A DNA stretch of 64,000 nt from Halarcobacter sp. (GTDB lineage: Bacteria; Campylobacterota; Campylobacteria; Campylobacterales; Arcobacteraceae). This document shows positions 41,743 to 53,459 of the stretch, one piece after another (within the stretch, counting starts at the first letter, position 1; each line of letters begins with the position of its first letter). Location: NCBI GenBank assembly GCA_048571215.1, contig CP182352.1, forward strand, positions 2,016,001 to 2,080,000. Reading direction: 5' to 3'. Position numbers and translations under genes: made by a program. The notes under the pieces are model-generated. The model saw only the letters and a program-made list of their open reading frames with translations. It had not been told where the DNA came from and did not search any database.

Positions 41743-42738
41743 TTACCCTAGTTTACAACTAAGGTTTTTTTCTATTAGTTTTCTATCTAAATATGTTTGA
41801 TCTGATTGTATCTCATCTATAGATACCGTTGCACTTCCAGATTTTCTTAGAACTACACCACTTGCTAAATTTGCAAACTCAACTGCATCATAAATAGTAT
41901 TATCTAAAGCTAAAGCAAAACCTAAAGAGGCAAGTACCGTATCACTAGCTCCTGTTACATCATAAACCTCTAATGGAACAGTTGGCATAACAGATAGTTT
42001 ATCATCTCTTAAGATAGCTATTCCATCTTCTGCTAAAGTAATAATAGAAAGTTGTGTTTCATTTTGCTCTTTTAAAGTAATTAATGCATCTAGTAACTTA
42101 TCATCACTATCAATTGTAATTCCAGTTGCATTTTGTGCTTCTGTTTTATTTGCTATTAGTAAATATGCATTTTTGTATTTGCTATAATCTTTTCCAAATG
42201 GATCAACAACTACTTTTACACTGTTTTTATTTGCATATGAGATGATTTTTTTAGTAAAGTCTTTTGTTAAAACACCTTTCCCATAATCAGCAAGTAATAT
42301 TATATCGTATGCATTTATCTTCTCTTGTAATTTTGAATAAAGTTTTTCAACATTATCAAAAGAGATATTGTTTCTACTCTCATGGTCAAATCTAAAAACC
42401 TGAGTTCTACCATCAACCATAACTCTAGTTTTTCTTGATGTTTTTCTACCTTTTTGCTCTAAAAGAAAAGATTTAGTTTCAATCTCATCAAGCATATGTT
42501 TTAATAATCTTGCATCATCATCACTACCAACAACTGACATTACACTAACTTTTGCTCCAAGTGAAGCTAAATTTCTAATAACATTTCCAGCTCCACCTAA
42601 AAAGTTTTTTTCCTCTTTTATATCTACAACAGGTACAGGAGCATCTAAAGCTATCCTGTCACAATTTCCAACTAAAAAAGTATCAATCATCAAATCACCG
42701 ATTACTAATATCTTTGGTTTTTTTTCAATATTAATCAT
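41743..42738 (-). CDS. Heptose-7-phosphate kinase-like protein (RfaE domain I only, PfkB family)
   Basis: GDLMID, LGGAGNV, DYGKG, DVTGASDT; no adenylyltransferase domain. Start at ATG 42738. Confidence 0.85.
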   Translation of the reverse strand: MINIEKKPKILVIGDLMIDTFLVGNCDRIALDAPVPVVDIKEEKNFLGGAGNVIRNLASLGAKVSVMSVVGSDDDARLLKHMLDEIETKSFLLEQKGRKTSRKTRVMVDGRTQVFRFDHESRNNISFDNVEKLYSKLQEKINAYDIILLADYGKGVLTKDFTKKIISYANKNSVKVVVDPFGKDYSKYKNAYLLIANKTEAQNATGITIDSDDKLLDALITLKEQNETQLSIITLAEDGIAILRDDKLSVMPTVPLEVYDVTGASDTVLASLGFALALDNTIYDAVEFANLASGVVLRKSGSATVSIDEIQSDQTYLDRKLIEKNLSCKLG

Positions 42739-42768
42739 ATTATTTCCTAATTGCATTATAAATCTATT

Positions 42769-44178
42769 CTAATTTGCTAGTGATTTTAAAAAATCAAGAG
42801 TCATTCTAACACCTGCACCACTAGCACCATAAGGATTATATCCCCACTCTTTTTCTACATATGCAGGTCCTGCTATATCAAAATGAACCCATTTTTGTTT
42901 ATTATCTTCATAGATAAAATTTTCCAAAAATAAACCTGCTGTAATAGAACCACCATATCTTGTGTTTGCAATATTACAAATATCTGCAATCTCTGATTTT
43001 ATAGTTTTTTTCAAAAATCTATTAAATGGTAAAGAGCTAGCATATTCTCCTGCATTTAAAGCACTTGACACAACATCTTCTTTAAGATTTGCATTATTTC
43101 CCATAATACCTGTTGTATACTCACCAAGTCCAACTACACAAGCACCTGTTAAGGTTGCAAAATCAAAAATATAATCTATATCTTTTATCTCATCTTGGGC
43201 ATAACATAAACAATCTGCTAAAACAAGTCTACCCTCGGCATCTGTGTTTCTTATCTCAATCGTTTTACCATTTTTTGCTGTTAAGATATCATCAGGTTTA
43301 TAAGCATCTCCACCAATCATATTTTCAACAGCACCAACGATACCATGTATCTCTATTGGTAAATTTAGTTTAGCAACTGCACTCATTATTCCTAAGACTG
43401 CACTTCCTCCACTTTTGTCACTTTTCATAGTTACCATATAATCAGCTGGCTTTAAAGATAATCCACCCGAATCGTATGTTAAACCTTTACCAACTAAGAC
43501 AACTTTTTTCTTTGCATTTTTAGGTTTATATGAAAGATGAATTAGCTTTGATTCATGAATTGAAGCTCTTCCAACACTATTCATTGCATTCATACCATTT
43601 TTTTCTAAATACTTTTCACCCTCAACTTTTATCATCAAATCTGATTCTTTTGCAATATCTTTTGCTAAATCTGCCATAACTTGTGGATAAAAATCTTGTG
43701 GAGCTGTATTTACCATGTCTCTGGTTTTATTTACTGCTTTTGCAACTAAAATTGCTTCATCAAAAGTTTTTTCTAATTCTTTTGTTAATTTATTTGTACA
43801 TATAAATAATTGTTGTTTTTTATCTTTTTTCTTATCTGATTTATATTTTGTAAATTTATAAGCCCCTAAAAGTGTCCCTTCTACTAAAGCTTTTAAATCT
43901 AAATTATCAAGTTTTAGTTTTGCATCTTTAAATTTAGTTGATTTTAATTTTTTTATAGCTGCTGCTATTGCTATTGCTATACTATCATAAGAGTTTTCTT
44001 CATATCCAGCATAAATTTTCTTTGATTCTGCAAGCATAATTACTGCTTCATCTTTTGCTTCAAAACCTAAGTTTTCTAAAATCTCTTTATCTTCTATATT
44101 ATCAATTGAATTTATAAGTATAATTTCAAAATCACTTTTTACTTTTTTTATATCTTTTTCTACTATATTAACTTTCAA
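42769..44178 (-). CDS. pepA: Leucyl aminopeptidase
   Basis: GKGLTYDSGG, NTDAEGRL, ATLTGA. Start moved to TTG 44178 behind AAGGAG. Confidence 0.95.
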   Translation of the reverse strand: MKVNIVEKDIKKVKSDFEIILINSIDNIEDKEILENLGFEAKDEAVIMLAESKKIYAGYEENSYDSIAIAIAAAIKKLKSTKFKDAKLKLDNLDLKALVEGTLLGAYKFTKYKSDKKKDKKQQLFICTNKLTKELEKTFDEAILVAKAVNKTRDMVNTAPQDFYPQVMADLAKDIAKESDLMIKVEGEKYLEKNGMNAMNSVGRASIHESKLIHLSYKPKNAKKKVVLVGKGLTYDSGGLSLKPADYMVTMKSDKSGGSAVLGIMSAVAKLNLPIEIHGIVGAVENMIGGDAYKPDDILTAKNGKTIEIRNTDAEGRLVLADCLCYAQDEIKDIDYIFDFATLTGACVVGLGEYTTGIMGNNANLKEDVVSSALNAGEYASSLPFNRFLKKTIKSEIADICNIANTRYGGSITAGLFLENFIYEDNKQKWVHFDIAGPAYVEKEWGYNPYGASGAGVRMTLDFLKSLAN

Positions 44179-44863
44179 TTTTTTTCTCCTTTTTCTTAGT
44201 AACTTTATTGAAATAGTATAAAATACTACCACCAATAATAACACCAAATGGTGCAGCAAAGTACCAGTGTTCTTTAACCCAAGTTAGTACAACTAAAATC
44301 TCTTCTCCAAAATACCAAGCTGGAAGTATAGTAATGGCTGCCCAACACCAAGCACTAATAAGATTGATAAATGCAAACATCTTACCACTATATCTTGTAA
44401 GACCAATTGATATAGGTATAATTGTTCTCATACCATACATATATCTTTGCATAAAAATTATTGGCCACCCATATTTTATCAATAATAAATGGGCAAGTGC
44501 AAATTTTCTTCTTTGACCTTTAAAGTTTTTATGAACATAAGATTTATTGAATCTTCCAATATAAAAATATATTTGATCCCCTGCAAATCCACCAAGACCT
44601 GCTATAAATATAGCCATATATAGATTCATATGTCCAGTATGAGATAAAAGCCCAGCCATGATAAGACCTGCTTCCCCCTCTAAAATACTCCAAGCAAATA
44701 AAATTATATAGCCATATTCTTTTAATAGATATACAAACTTATTTTCTATCCCTTCAACAGGAGCATGATATAAACTATATATTAAAAAAGAAAAGAATAT
44801 TGCAACAACAACAAAAAGTATTTTTCCCGAATTGTTTTGAAGTTTTCTAAAAAAGCTACCCAT
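44168..44863 (-). CDS. DedA family membrane protein
   Basis: LEGE, GDQIYFYIGR, RYMYGMR. Confidence 0.9.
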   Translation of the reverse strand: MGSFFRKLQNNSGKILFVVVAIFFSFLIYSLYHAPVEGIENKFVYLLKEYGYIILFAWSILEGEAGLIMAGLLSHTGHMNLYMAIFIAGLGGFAGDQIYFYIGRFNKSYVHKNFKGQRRKFALAHLLLIKYGWPIIFMQRYMYGMRTIIPISIGLTRYSGKMFAFINLISAWCWAAITILPAWYFGEEILVVLTWVKEHWYFAAPFGVIIGGSILYYFNKVTKKKEKKIES

Positions 44864-44871
44864 CTCTTTCC

Positions 44872-46110
44872 TTAGTCAAAGTGCAAAATTTCTTTTGCTT
44901 GTACCATATCTTTATCACCTCGGCCAGAAAGATTTATTATTATAATTTTATCTTTTAATTTATCTTTTGCTTTTTTTAAATATGCTATTGCATGAGAGCT
45001 TTCAAAGGCTGGAATAATTCCCTCTTTTTGAGATAACCATACAAAGGCATCTATTGCTTCTTGGTCTGTAATAGAATCATACTCTACACTTTTATTATCT
45101 TTGTGAAATGAATGTTCTGGTCCAATACCTGGATAATCCAACCCTGCACTAATAGAGTGTGCTTCTAAAACCTGTCCATTTTCATCTTGTAAAAGATATG
45201 AACACTGCCCATGTAAAACTCCAGGACTTCCCTTTTCTAAAGAACACCCATGTTTATCCGTATCAAGTCCTAATCCACCAGCTTCAATACCAACACAAGT
45301 CACCTCTTTATCTTCTAAAAAGTGTGAAAAGATACCTATAGCATTTGAGCCACCACCAATACATGCAAGAACATAATCAGGCAATCTACCCTCTTTTTCT
45401 TGTATTTGTCTTCTTGCTTCCCAACCAATGATTGATTGAAAATCCCTTACCATCATAGGATATGGATGGGGACCTGCAACAGTACCTATGATATAAAATG
45501 TATCTCTTGCATTTGTAACCCAATATCTAATAGCATCATTCATAGCATCTTTTAAAGTTTTACTTCCACTTTCAACTGATACTACTTTTGCACCTAGAAG
45601 CTTCATTCTAAATACATTTAACTCTTGTCTAGCTACATCTTTTGCACCCATAAAAACCGTACACTCTAAACCTAAAAGTGCTGCAATAGTTGCACTTGCT
45701 ACCCCATGCTGTCCAGCACCAGTTTCAGCTATAACTTTTGTTTTACCAAGTTTTTTTGCTAATAACCCCTGTGCAATAACATTATTTACTTTATGAGCTC
45801 CTGTATGGTTTAGATCTTCCCTTTTTAAATAAACCTTTGCACCAACCTCATCACTAATATTTTTTGCAAAATATAGTGGGTTTTCTCTACCTACATAATC
45901 TTTTAAAAGAAGTGAAACCTCATACCAAAACTCTTTATCAAATCTATATTTTTTGTATTCATCTTCAAGCTCTTTTAGTATAGGCATTAAAGTTTCAGGA
46001 ACAAACCTACCTCCAAATTCTCCAAAGTGACCATTCTCATCAGGGTCAAATTTTGAAGGTTTTGGAATATAATATGAGTTATTAAAATTGTCTACTTTAT
46101 TATTTTTCAT
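44872..46110 (-). CDS. trpB: Tryptophan synthase beta subunit
   Basis: [28 protein letters not shown]. Confidence 0.97.
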   Translation of the reverse strand: MKNNKVDNFNNSYYIPKPSKFDPDENGHFGEFGGRFVPETLMPILKELEDEYKKYRFDKEFWYEVSLLLKDYVGRENPLYFAKNISDEVGAKVYLKREDLNHTGAHKVNNVIAQGLLAKKLGKTKVIAETGAGQHGVASATIAALLGLECTVFMGAKDVARQELNVFRMKLLGAKVVSVESGSKTLKDAMNDAIRYWVTNARDTFYIIGTVAGPHPYPMMVRDFQSIIGWEARRQIQEKEGRLPDYVLACIGGGSNAIGIFSHFLEDKEVTCVGIEAGGLGLDTDKHGCSLEKGSPGVLHGQCSYLLQDENGQVLEAHSISAGLDYPGIGPEHSFHKDNKSVEYDSITDQEAIDAFVWLSQKEGIIPAFESSHAIAYLKKAKDKLKDKIIIINLSGRGDKDMVQAKEILHFD

Positions 46111-46131
46111 TATTATCCTATCTATTTTTAT

Positions 46132-46680
46132 CTATTCACTAATCTCAATCACCGAATAAACTGGTGCATGTTTACTTACTCTTTTTTCACCTTCTAAGAA
46201 TGTTAAGTTCAATAAAAAACATGATTCAACTAAATTTGCTCCAACATCTTTTACTAATTTAGCAGCAGCATTTGCCGTTCCACCTGTTGCAATTAAATCA
46301 TCTATTAATAAAACCCTAGCATTTTTTTTAGCAAATGCATCTAAGTGTATTTCAACTTCATCAAAGCCATACTCTAACTCGTATTTTTCACATACAGTAG
46401 TACCAGGTAACTTACCTTTTTTTCTTATTGGAACAAAACCTATATTAAGTCTATCTGCTAGCATAGCCCCAAAAATAAAACCTCGAGAGTCAATACCAGC
46501 TACATAATCTAAATCATAAGTTTTATATCTAGCTTCAAAATGGTTCATCAAAGTCTGAAGTGCTTCTTTATTGTTTAGTAGTGTGGTAATATCTTTAAAA
46601 ACAATCCCCTCTTTGGGAAAATCTTTTATATCTCTGATTGAATCATATATTATTTTTTTATCTTCATCACTTAAATTCAT
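46132..46680 (-). CDS. apt: Adenine phosphoribosyltransferase
   Basis: [24 protein letters not shown]. Confidence 0.96.
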   Translation of the reverse strand: MNLSDEDKKIIYDSIRDIKDFPKEGIVFKDITTLLNNKEALQTLMNHFEARYKTYDLDYVAGIDSRGFIFGAMLADRLNIGFVPIRKKGKLPGTTVCEKYELEYGFDEVEIHLDAFAKKNARVLLIDDLIATGGTANAAAKLVKDVGANLVESCFLLNLTFLEGEKRVSKHAPVYSVIEISE

Positions 46681-46733
46681 ACATAGTCCTATTTACAATT
46701 TTCAAAAGTAAATACATTCTATCGAAAAAAATA

Positions 46734-47258
46734 TTATGATATTATAATTTCAGGCACATCTTTAATGCTTTGACAAACATAATTAGCAAGAGATTTTTTC
46801 TCATCAAAACTGTGTCCAGTTTTAACTTGAATAGTATTTTTTATATTTGCATTTATTGCACACTTTATATCAGAAGATTTATCACCTATTAACCAAGAAT
46901 TTTCCAAGTCAATTGAAAAATTTTTTAAGATATTATCAATCATACCAGTTTTAGGTTTACGGCAAGAACAATTATCTTCTGGTACATGGGGGCAAAACTC
47001 AACTTGAGATATCTTTACGCCATTTTCATCAAACTTATCAAGCATCCAAGAATTTAGCCTTTTAAAGTCATCATAGCTATAATATCCCCTTGCAATTCCC
47101 GATTGATTTGTAATAATAAAAAGCAAATAACCCTCTTTTTGTAATATCTTAAGAGTATCAATTAGTCCTTCTATAAATTCAAACTCTTCTATTGTATGAA
47201 GGTACTCTTTTTCAATATTTACCACACCATCTCTATCTAAGAATATAGCTTTTTGCAT
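46734..47258 (-). CDS. gmhB: D-glycero-D-manno-heptose 1,7-bisphosphate phosphatase
   Basis: FLDRDGVVN, TNQSGIARG, CPH...CSCRKP. Confidence 0.93.
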   Translation of the reverse strand: MQKAIFLDRDGVVNIEKEYLHTIEEFEFIEGLIDTLKILQKEGYLLFIITNQSGIARGYYSYDDFKRLNSWMLDKFDENGVKISQVEFCPHVPEDNCSCRKPKTGMIDNILKNFSIDLENSWLIGDKSSDIKCAINANIKNTIQVKTGHSFDEKKSLANYVCQSIKDVPEIIIS

Positions 47259-47300
47259 AATATTATCCTAAAAAAATTTATAGGAAATATTTTAGCCAAA

Positions 47301-47690
47301 TTATATTAAATCAAAATTTTGGGAAGTTATTCCTAAATCAAATAAAGTTTCACATACTGAACCTACATCTTTTTGAATCTTAAGTTCTATGTTTTTATCT
47401 TTTACTTCCAGAGTTACACAAGTTTTTTCTTGATCATTAAAAATAACTTTTTTATCTTCTACCTTCCAATTAGTAGTATTTAGTGTAATTGCATCTGAAA
47501 TTTTATCAATTTTTCTATTTATTAAATAGTGTCTTTGTATAGAGGTTATTGTTGAGACAATATCCCTTTCAATAGTTGATGCCAAAGCAGCATCTCTTGT
47601 ATCCATATATTTTGGTATAGCAAAAGAAGCTATGATACCTATAATTACAATTGAGAATATTAGTTCAAGCAAAGAAAAAGCATTTTTCAT
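47301..47690 (-). CDS. Prepilin/pseudopilin-type protein
   Basis: N-terminal AFSLLELIFSIVIIGIIASFAIP methylation-type motif. Confidence 0.85.
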   Translation of the reverse strand: MKNAFSLLELIFSIVIIGIIASFAIPKYMDTRDAALASTIERDIVSTITSIQRHYLINRKIDKISDAITLNTTNWKVEDKKVIFNDQEKTCVTLEVKDKNIELKIQKDVGSVCETLFDLGITSQNFDLI

Positions 47691-47761
47691 AGTTACAACC
47701 TTTTAATAATAAAAAAGATTATAACTATATTATTCTTAAAGATAATTTATTTTATTATATA

Positions 47762-48328
47762 TCAACTCAATTCATTATCAATAATCTGACAAATTGTATG
47801 ACCAAACAAAATATGCATCTCTTGGATTCTTGGGGTATTATCTGAGGGTACTATTAGGTTTACATCACAGTACTTATCCATCTGCCCTCCATCTCTTCCT
47901 GAAAAACCTATTATTTTACAAGCTAACTCTTTTCCTATTTTAAAGGCATTTATTACATTTTTTGAGTTACCTGAGGTTGATATCCCTATTAGTACATCAC
48001 CTTTATTAGCTAGGGCTTCTACTTGTCTATCAAACACTCTATCATATCCATAATCATTTCCTATTGCTGTTAGGGCTGATGTATCTGTTGTTAGGGCAAG
48101 TCCAGGCAATCCTCTTCTTTCTGTTTTATATCTTCCTGTTAATTCTGCTGCTATATGTTGTGCATCTGCTGCGCTTCCACCATTTCCAAAGAGTATTATT
48201 TTATTTCCATTCTTTAGGGCATCTACTGCTAGTTGTGAGGCTACTTGCAGGGGAGCATCCATTTTATCTATTACTTTTTGTATTATTTCTAGGTGTGATT
48301 GTAACTCTTTATATATTGTATCTTTCAT
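47762..48328 (-). CDS. gmhA: Phosphoheptose isomerase
   Basis: [23 protein letters not shown]. Confidence 0.96.
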   Translation of the reverse strand: MKDTIYKELQSHLEIIQKVIDKMDAPLQVASQLAVDALKNGNKIILFGNGGSAADAQHIAAELTGRYKTERRGLPGLALTTDTSALTAIGNDYGYDRVFDRQVEALANKGDVLIGISTSGNSKNVINAFKIGKELACKIIGFSGRDGGQMDKYCDVNLIVPSDNTPRIQEMHILFGHTICQIIDNELS

Positions 48329-48333
48329 ATAAA

Positions 48334-49764
48334 CTACCCTTGAATCTTTTCAATTATTTTACTCGTACTTCTACCCTCTACAAAATTAATTAATTTTGTT
48401 TCTTTTGCTATATCAGAACCTATCACTTCTTTTCCTTCATAATCTGCACCTTTTGCAAGGATATCTGGTTGTACTACTTTAATCAATTCATAGGGTGTAT
48501 CTTCATCAAAGATTACTACATAATCTACACATTCCAAGGCTGAAAGGACATAGGCTCTATCATCTTGGGTATTTACTGGTCTTGATTCCCCTTTTAATCT
48601 TTTTACTGAATCATCAGAGTTTAATCCAAGTATTAGTACATCACCATATGACTTTGCTATATTTAGGTAACTTACATGACCTTTATGAAGGATATCAAAG
48701 CAGCCATTTGTAAACACTATTTTTTTATTTTGTTGTTTCAATCTGTTTGATATTTTTTCTATTTCTTGGAAATCTTTTATATGAAGTTCAATTGAGCTTT
48801 TATGTAAGCTTGCTTTATATTCTTCTATTTCATCTAAGGTAACTGTTGCGCTTCCTAATTTCCCTACTACTACACCTGCTGCTAGGTTTGCAAATTTTAT
48901 TGCTTTATTAATATCATAATCTAAAGACAGTGCATATCCCAAAGAGGCTAGGACGGTATCCCCTGCTCCTGTTACATCATATACTTCTCTTGCAACAGTT
49001 GGGTGGGTTATTACTTTATCATCATCTAAGACAGCTATTCCATTTTCACTTAAGGTTATTAAAGAGATACTTAAGTTTGATTGTTCTTTTAATTTTTTCA
49101 ATACTTTTTTTAGGCTTTCTTGATCTTCTATTTGTATATTTGAGGCTAATTGTGCTTCTTTTTTATTTGGAGTTAGAAGGTAAGCGTTTTTATATTTAGT
49201 AAAATCATTACCTTTTGGGTCTACTAATACTTTTATCTTATGATTATTTGCAAGATTTATTATCTTTTCAACTAAAGAGCTAGTTAATACTCCTTTATTA
49301 TAATCTGATAAGAGTATCACTTCTATATTTTTATTATGTTGTATACTTATTTGAAATTTATCAAATAGAAGTTCTTGACTTTGTTTTGAGATATCCTCTT
49401 TACTCTCTTTATCATATCTAACTACTTGGGAATTAGATGCCATAAGTCTTGTTTTTCTTGAGGTTTTTCTATTTTCTTGTTCTACGAGGTAAGATTTTAC
49501 ATCTATATTTTCAAGCATTGACTTTATCTCATCACCTACTGGGTCATCTCCTATTACTGAGATAACTTCAACATCTACTCCTAAGGATACTAGGTTATTT
49601 ATTACATTCCCTGCTCCACCTAACAGTTTTGTTTCTTTTTTTACATCTACTATTTGCACAGGGGCTTCAGGGGAGATTCTTTCACAGTTTCCCCAAAGGT
49701 ATTCATCTATCATCAAATCTCCTATTACTAGGATATTTGGTTTTTCATTTATATTTTTTGTCAT
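48334..49764 (-). CDS. hldE: Bifunctional heptose kinase/adenylyltransferase
   Basis: DVTGAGDT kinase domain plus [13 protein letters not shown] transferase domain. Confidence 0.96.
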   Translation of the reverse strand: MTKNINEKPNILVIGDLMIDEYLWGNCERISPEAPVQIVDVKKETKLLGGAGNVINNLVSLGVDVEVISVIGDDPVGDEIKSMLENIDVKSYLVEQENRKTSRKTRLMASNSQVVRYDKESKEDISKQSQELLFDKFQISIQHNKNIEVILLSDYNKGVLTSSLVEKIINLANNHKIKVLVDPKGNDFTKYKNAYLLTPNKKEAQLASNIQIEDQESLKKVLKKLKEQSNLSISLITLSENGIAVLDDDKVITHPTVAREVYDVTGAGDTVLASLGYALSLDYDINKAIKFANLAAGVVVGKLGSATVTLDEIEEYKASLHKSSIELHIKDFQEIEKISNRLKQQNKKIVFTNGCFDILHKGHVSYLNIAKSYGDVLILGLNSDDSVKRLKGESRPVNTQDDRAYVLSALECVDYVVIFDEDTPYELIKVVQPDILAKGADYEGKEVIGSDIAKETKLINFVEGRSTSKIIEKIQG

Positions 49765-50776
49765 TATTTTTCACTTCTATTTCAAACAATCTTTTTATCT
49801 CTGGCACATATGCTTTTATACCATCTTCTAGGGAGTATTGGGGTTCATAATCTAGGTTTTCTTTTGTTGTATCTATATTTGCTTGGGTAAAAAACTGGTA
49901 TTGTCCCACATATGGGTTAGGGATATATTCTTTACCATTATCTATATTTAGCTCTTTTTGCAGTACATTTACTATATCTTCGAAGCTTCTTGCTTTACCT
50001 GTCCCCACATTATACACACCACTTCTTTTAGGATTACACGCTTTTATATTTGCTTGGATTACATCATCTATATATACAAAGTCTCTTAGGATTTTATCAC
50101 TTCCTTCAAACAGTTTTGGGGTTTGTTCATTTAGGATTTGGTGTCCAAACTGTACTACCATTGAGGCTGTTTTATTTTTATAATATTCTCTTGGTCCATA
50201 CACATTAAAGTATTTTAATCCTACTATATTTATATCTACTACACCCTCTTTTAGATATTTATAGGTTATATTATCCATCATCACTTTTGAGAAACCATAT
50301 ACATTATTTGGTTGTTCATATCCTATTTCAAAGGTATCACTATCTCCATATGTAGCGGCACTACTTGCGTATATCATATTTGCTTTATGTTTTATTGCGA
50401 TTTTTAACAAATCTTCATAGGCATTTACATTTGTTTTTATCATCAAATCTTGTTCTTGTGCTGTTGTATCTGAGATAGCTGCTTGGTGGAATATATAATC
50501 AAATTTATATTTTTCTTCTAAGTTTTTTAATAATTGTTTATCATTTATATCACCACTTATTACTACACCATTAAATCCTATTAGATTTTTAAAGTGTCCG
50601 AAGCTTTTTAGGTTTTCATTTGTAAATGTTTCACCACTTCGAAAACAATCTAAGGCTATTATATTTGCTTCTGGGTAATTTTCTTGGAAATAAAAACACA
50701 GGTTACTTCCTATGAAGCCTGCTGCTCCTGTTATTAATATTGTCTTTTTATTATAGTCTATATTATTGTGGGTCAT
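49745..50776 (-). CDS. hldD: ADP-L-glycero-D-manno-heptose 6-epimerase
   Basis: GAAGFIGS, YASSAATYG, YGFSK, YQFFTQA. Confidence 0.95.
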   Translation of the reverse strand: MTHNNIDYNKKTILITGAAGFIGSNLCFYFQENYPEANIIALDCFRSGETFTNENLKSFGHFKNLIGFNGVVISGDINDKQLLKNLEEKYKFDYIFHQAAISDTTAQEQDLMIKTNVNAYEDLLKIAIKHKANMIYASSAATYGDSDTFEIGYEQPNNVYGFSKVMMDNITYKYLKEGVVDINIVGLKYFNVYGPREYYKNKTASMVVQFGHQILNEQTPKLFEGSDKILRDFVYIDDVIQANIKACNPKRSGVYNVGTGKARSFEDIVNVLQKELNIDNGKEYIPNPYVGQYQFFTQANIDTTKENLDYEPQYSLEDGIKAYVPEIKRLFEIEVKNNDKKYK

Positions 50777-50834
50777 TTCTTCTCTTTTTTTTATTTAAGA
50801 AAGTATATCTAAAATAGATTTATGATTTATTTTA

Positions 50835-52547
50835 TTAAAAAGGGAAAATAAAAGGCACAAATACTATCACCACAATTGAATAAACAATAGAAATAATCCA
50901 ACCTATTTTAAAAAAATCTTTTATTTTATAATTTCCCAAAGAACTAACCATAAGGTTTGTTTGATACCCATAAGGTAACATAAAACTTGCACTAGCTCCA
51001 AATGCTACAGCAAAAACAAATGGCAATATATTTACATCTAAATTTACAGCAGTAGCAAATGCAATAGGAAAACTTAAAGCTGCTGCTGCATTGTTAGTAA
51101 TCAATTCTGTTAAAAAAAATGTTAAAAGATATATTCCAATAAAACTTCCATAAACTCCATATATACCAAAACTGTTTATTATAATATCTGCAAAATCTTT
51201 TGCTAATCCAGAAGTTATTAGAACTTTTGAGACAACTAAAGAGGAACCAATTATCAAAAATATATCGTAGGGAAACCTTCTTTTAATCTCGTCTATTTTT
51301 ATTATCTTAAATAAAATTAAAATAAATAGATATATTAATAAAAGTTTAAAAAGTGACAAAAAACCAACAGCAGATAGAAAAATAGAAAAAACAAAGCCTA
51401 AAAATATTGTTAAACTTTTTTCAATACCAAATTTTTTTGTTTGGTTAATCTTAGAAAGTGTATAAAAATTTTTGTTTATATTATCCCTAGTATCAAAATC
51501 TTTTCCTACTGAAAGTACAAGTCTATCACCTGCTTGCAAAATCTCATCACCTATTTTTGATATACAAAGAGAACCTCTCTTTAAAGAGATAATTACTGCA
51601 TTAAACTTTGACCTAAAATTTGCATCTTTTACTTTTTTATTTACTAAATTTGAATCTGGAGTTATTATCACATCGACTAAAGTTAGTTTTCCAATCTCTG
51701 TATCATCTACTAAGTTTAATCCACTGAATCTTTTTAATACCTCAATATGATGAATATCCCCACTAAAAAGCAAGCTATCATCTTTTTCTATAATTTCTGT
51801 AGGAGGAACAGGAGATATAATCTTGCCATTTCTATTTATTTCTATTAAAAATAGATACTCTAAATTTCTAAGACCATTATCTATAATACTTTTATTTATC
51901 ATGGTACTAGTTGGTGATATTTTTGCTTCTATTAAATGTTCTTGAATCTCATCTTTTTCTATTTCATAGCTAGGAAGTAAAAAACTAAAAATATATATGC
52001 TTAGCACACCAAATAATGTTATAAAAAATCCCACATAAAAGAAATCAAAAATTTCTAAACTCGGAATTCCATTTTGTATCACAAAACTATTAACTAAAAG
52101 ATTTGTAGATGTACCTATCAATGTCATCGTACCACCAAAAATTGCAAAGTAAGATAAAGGAATCAAAAGTTTGGAAGGGTTATGATATTTATTATTTTTA
52201 ATCACTCCCATCAAGCTTGCTACGACAGCTGTGTTATTTAAAAAAGCAGAAAAAACTGAAGTTACAAGCCCCAATTTCAAAAGTGTAGTTTTGTAATTTT
52301 TTTTGATTATTGCTTTAGAAAAATACTCTAAAAATATTGTCTTTTCTAAAGCTATGGAAACAATCAAAAGTAAAACTAAAGTTAAAAGTGAACTATTTAC
52401 AAAACTTATTGCAAATTTTTCAAATGATATAAAGTCCAAAATCAAATAAATAGAAGCCAAAGAAGTAAATAATATCGATGGCTTATATTTATTTTGAATA
52501 AGTAAAATTAAAAGTACTAACAAAGATAATAAAACAATTATCTTCAT
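50835..52547 (-). CDS. SLC13 family permease with TrkA-C domains (putative sulfate transporter)
   Basis: SAFLNNTAVV, TLIGTSTNL, TNNAAAAL, PYGYQTNLMV. Confidence 0.88.
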   Translation of the reverse strand: MKIIVLLSLLVLLILLIQNKYKPSILFTSLASIYLILDFISFEKFAISFVNSSLLTLVLLLIVSIALEKTIFLEYFSKAIIKKNYKTTLLKLGLVTSVFSAFLNNTAVVASLMGVIKNNKYHNPSKLLIPLSYFAIFGGTMTLIGTSTNLLVNSFVIQNGIPSLEIFDFFYVGFFITLFGVLSIYIFSFLLPSYEIEKDEIQEHLIEAKISPTSTMINKSIIDNGLRNLEYLFLIEINRNGKIISPVPPTEIIEKDDSLLFSGDIHHIEVLKRFSGLNLVDDTEIGKLTLVDVIITPDSNLVNKKVKDANFRSKFNAVIISLKRGSLCISKIGDEILQAGDRLVLSVGKDFDTRDNINKNFYTLSKINQTKKFGIEKSLTIFLGFVFSIFLSAVGFLSLFKLLLIYLFILILFKIIKIDEIKRRFPYDIFLIIGSSLVVSKVLITSGLAKDFADIIINSFGIYGVYGSFIGIYLLTFFLTELITNNAAAALSFPIAFATAVNLDVNILPFVFAVAFGASASFMLPYGYQTNLMVSSLGNYKIKDFFKIGWIISIVYSIVVIVFVPFIFPF

Positions 52548-53308
52548 ATATTTTTACTCTTAGAAAAAGTATTTATATCTTCCTTTTTATCCTCAATATA
52601 ATGACTAATTGCTTCTTTTATATTTTCAAGTTTATTTGGATTGCCTTGAAGGTTTTTAAAGTGGGCTGAGATTTCACTATTTTCTTGTATTTTTAAGTCA
52701 GCTATTTTTGAACAAATATCTAAAAAAACAGAATAAGGAACATCATCTCCTCTTTTTAAAAAATGTATCGCTCTTTGAAGTGATACGAAAGGGTTTAAAC
52801 TAACTCTTGATAGATTATTTACTCTTGTATTTATATAATCAATGAATTCCATTCTTAAATCACATTTCACAACTGTAAAAAGCCTTTTTTTTGTGTTGTA
52901 TATACATTCAAAGGCAACTTTTGTTGAATCAAAATCAAAACCATCAACCAGCTGTTCTAGGGTAGCATCTTTGAATTTTTCTCTAAAAACTAGTTGATAA
53001 ATATCATTTTTATATCTATAAGTATAAGAGTTATTTTCATATTCAAAATAGTCTTTATTTAAAGCATTGTTTATAAGTTCTCTATCTGAGCTTTCAGGAA
53101 ATATCATGTCCAAATCTCTAAAAACATCAGATTTGATACAAGAACCTGCAAGATAGAATCTAATCTCTTCTTTTTCTATATGATTTACAAGCAATCTTTG
53201 AAAAAATTCATTTAATTTTATAACAATATTGTCAAGCCTATAATCAAAAGCCAAAGATTGATCGTAAGAAAGAAGCTCTTGATAGTTTTTCCAAAAATCA
53301 TAAATCAT
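52544..53308 (-). CDS. Hypothetical protein with a nucleotidyltransferase-like motif
   Basis: YLAGSCI...RDLDMIF and DGFDFD. Confidence 0.55.
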   Translation of the reverse strand: MIYDFWKNYQELLSYDQSLAFDYRLDNIVIKLNEFFQRLLVNHIEKEEIRFYLAGSCIKSDVFRDLDMIFPESSDRELINNALNKDYFEYENNSYTYRYKNDIYQLVFREKFKDATLEQLVDGFDFDSTKVAFECIYNTKKRLFTVVKCDLRMEFIDYINTRVNNLSRVSLNPFVSLQRAIHFLKRGDDVPYSVFLDICSKIADLKIQENSEISAHFKNLQGNPNKLENIKEAISHYIEDKKEDINTFSKSKNI

Positions 53309-53459
53309 ATAATAAATTCTCCCCTAATAGTAATATTTATACTATTATATGAAAGTAAAGTTTAAAGCTTGTTTGTGCAAAAAAATATACTATTTATTAT
53401 ATCTACTAAATCAAATTCATATTTATTTAAAGTTCCAAAAAACCTATCAAGCTATAAAC

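Noticed and set aside
44179..44259. N-terminal extension of pepA in the ORF track (similar extensions for ruvA, rplX, rplE and the UDG-like gene)
   Set aside because: Downstream starts fit the family N-termini (pepA has a clear AAGGAG RBS), and most of the extensions overlap neighbouring genes.
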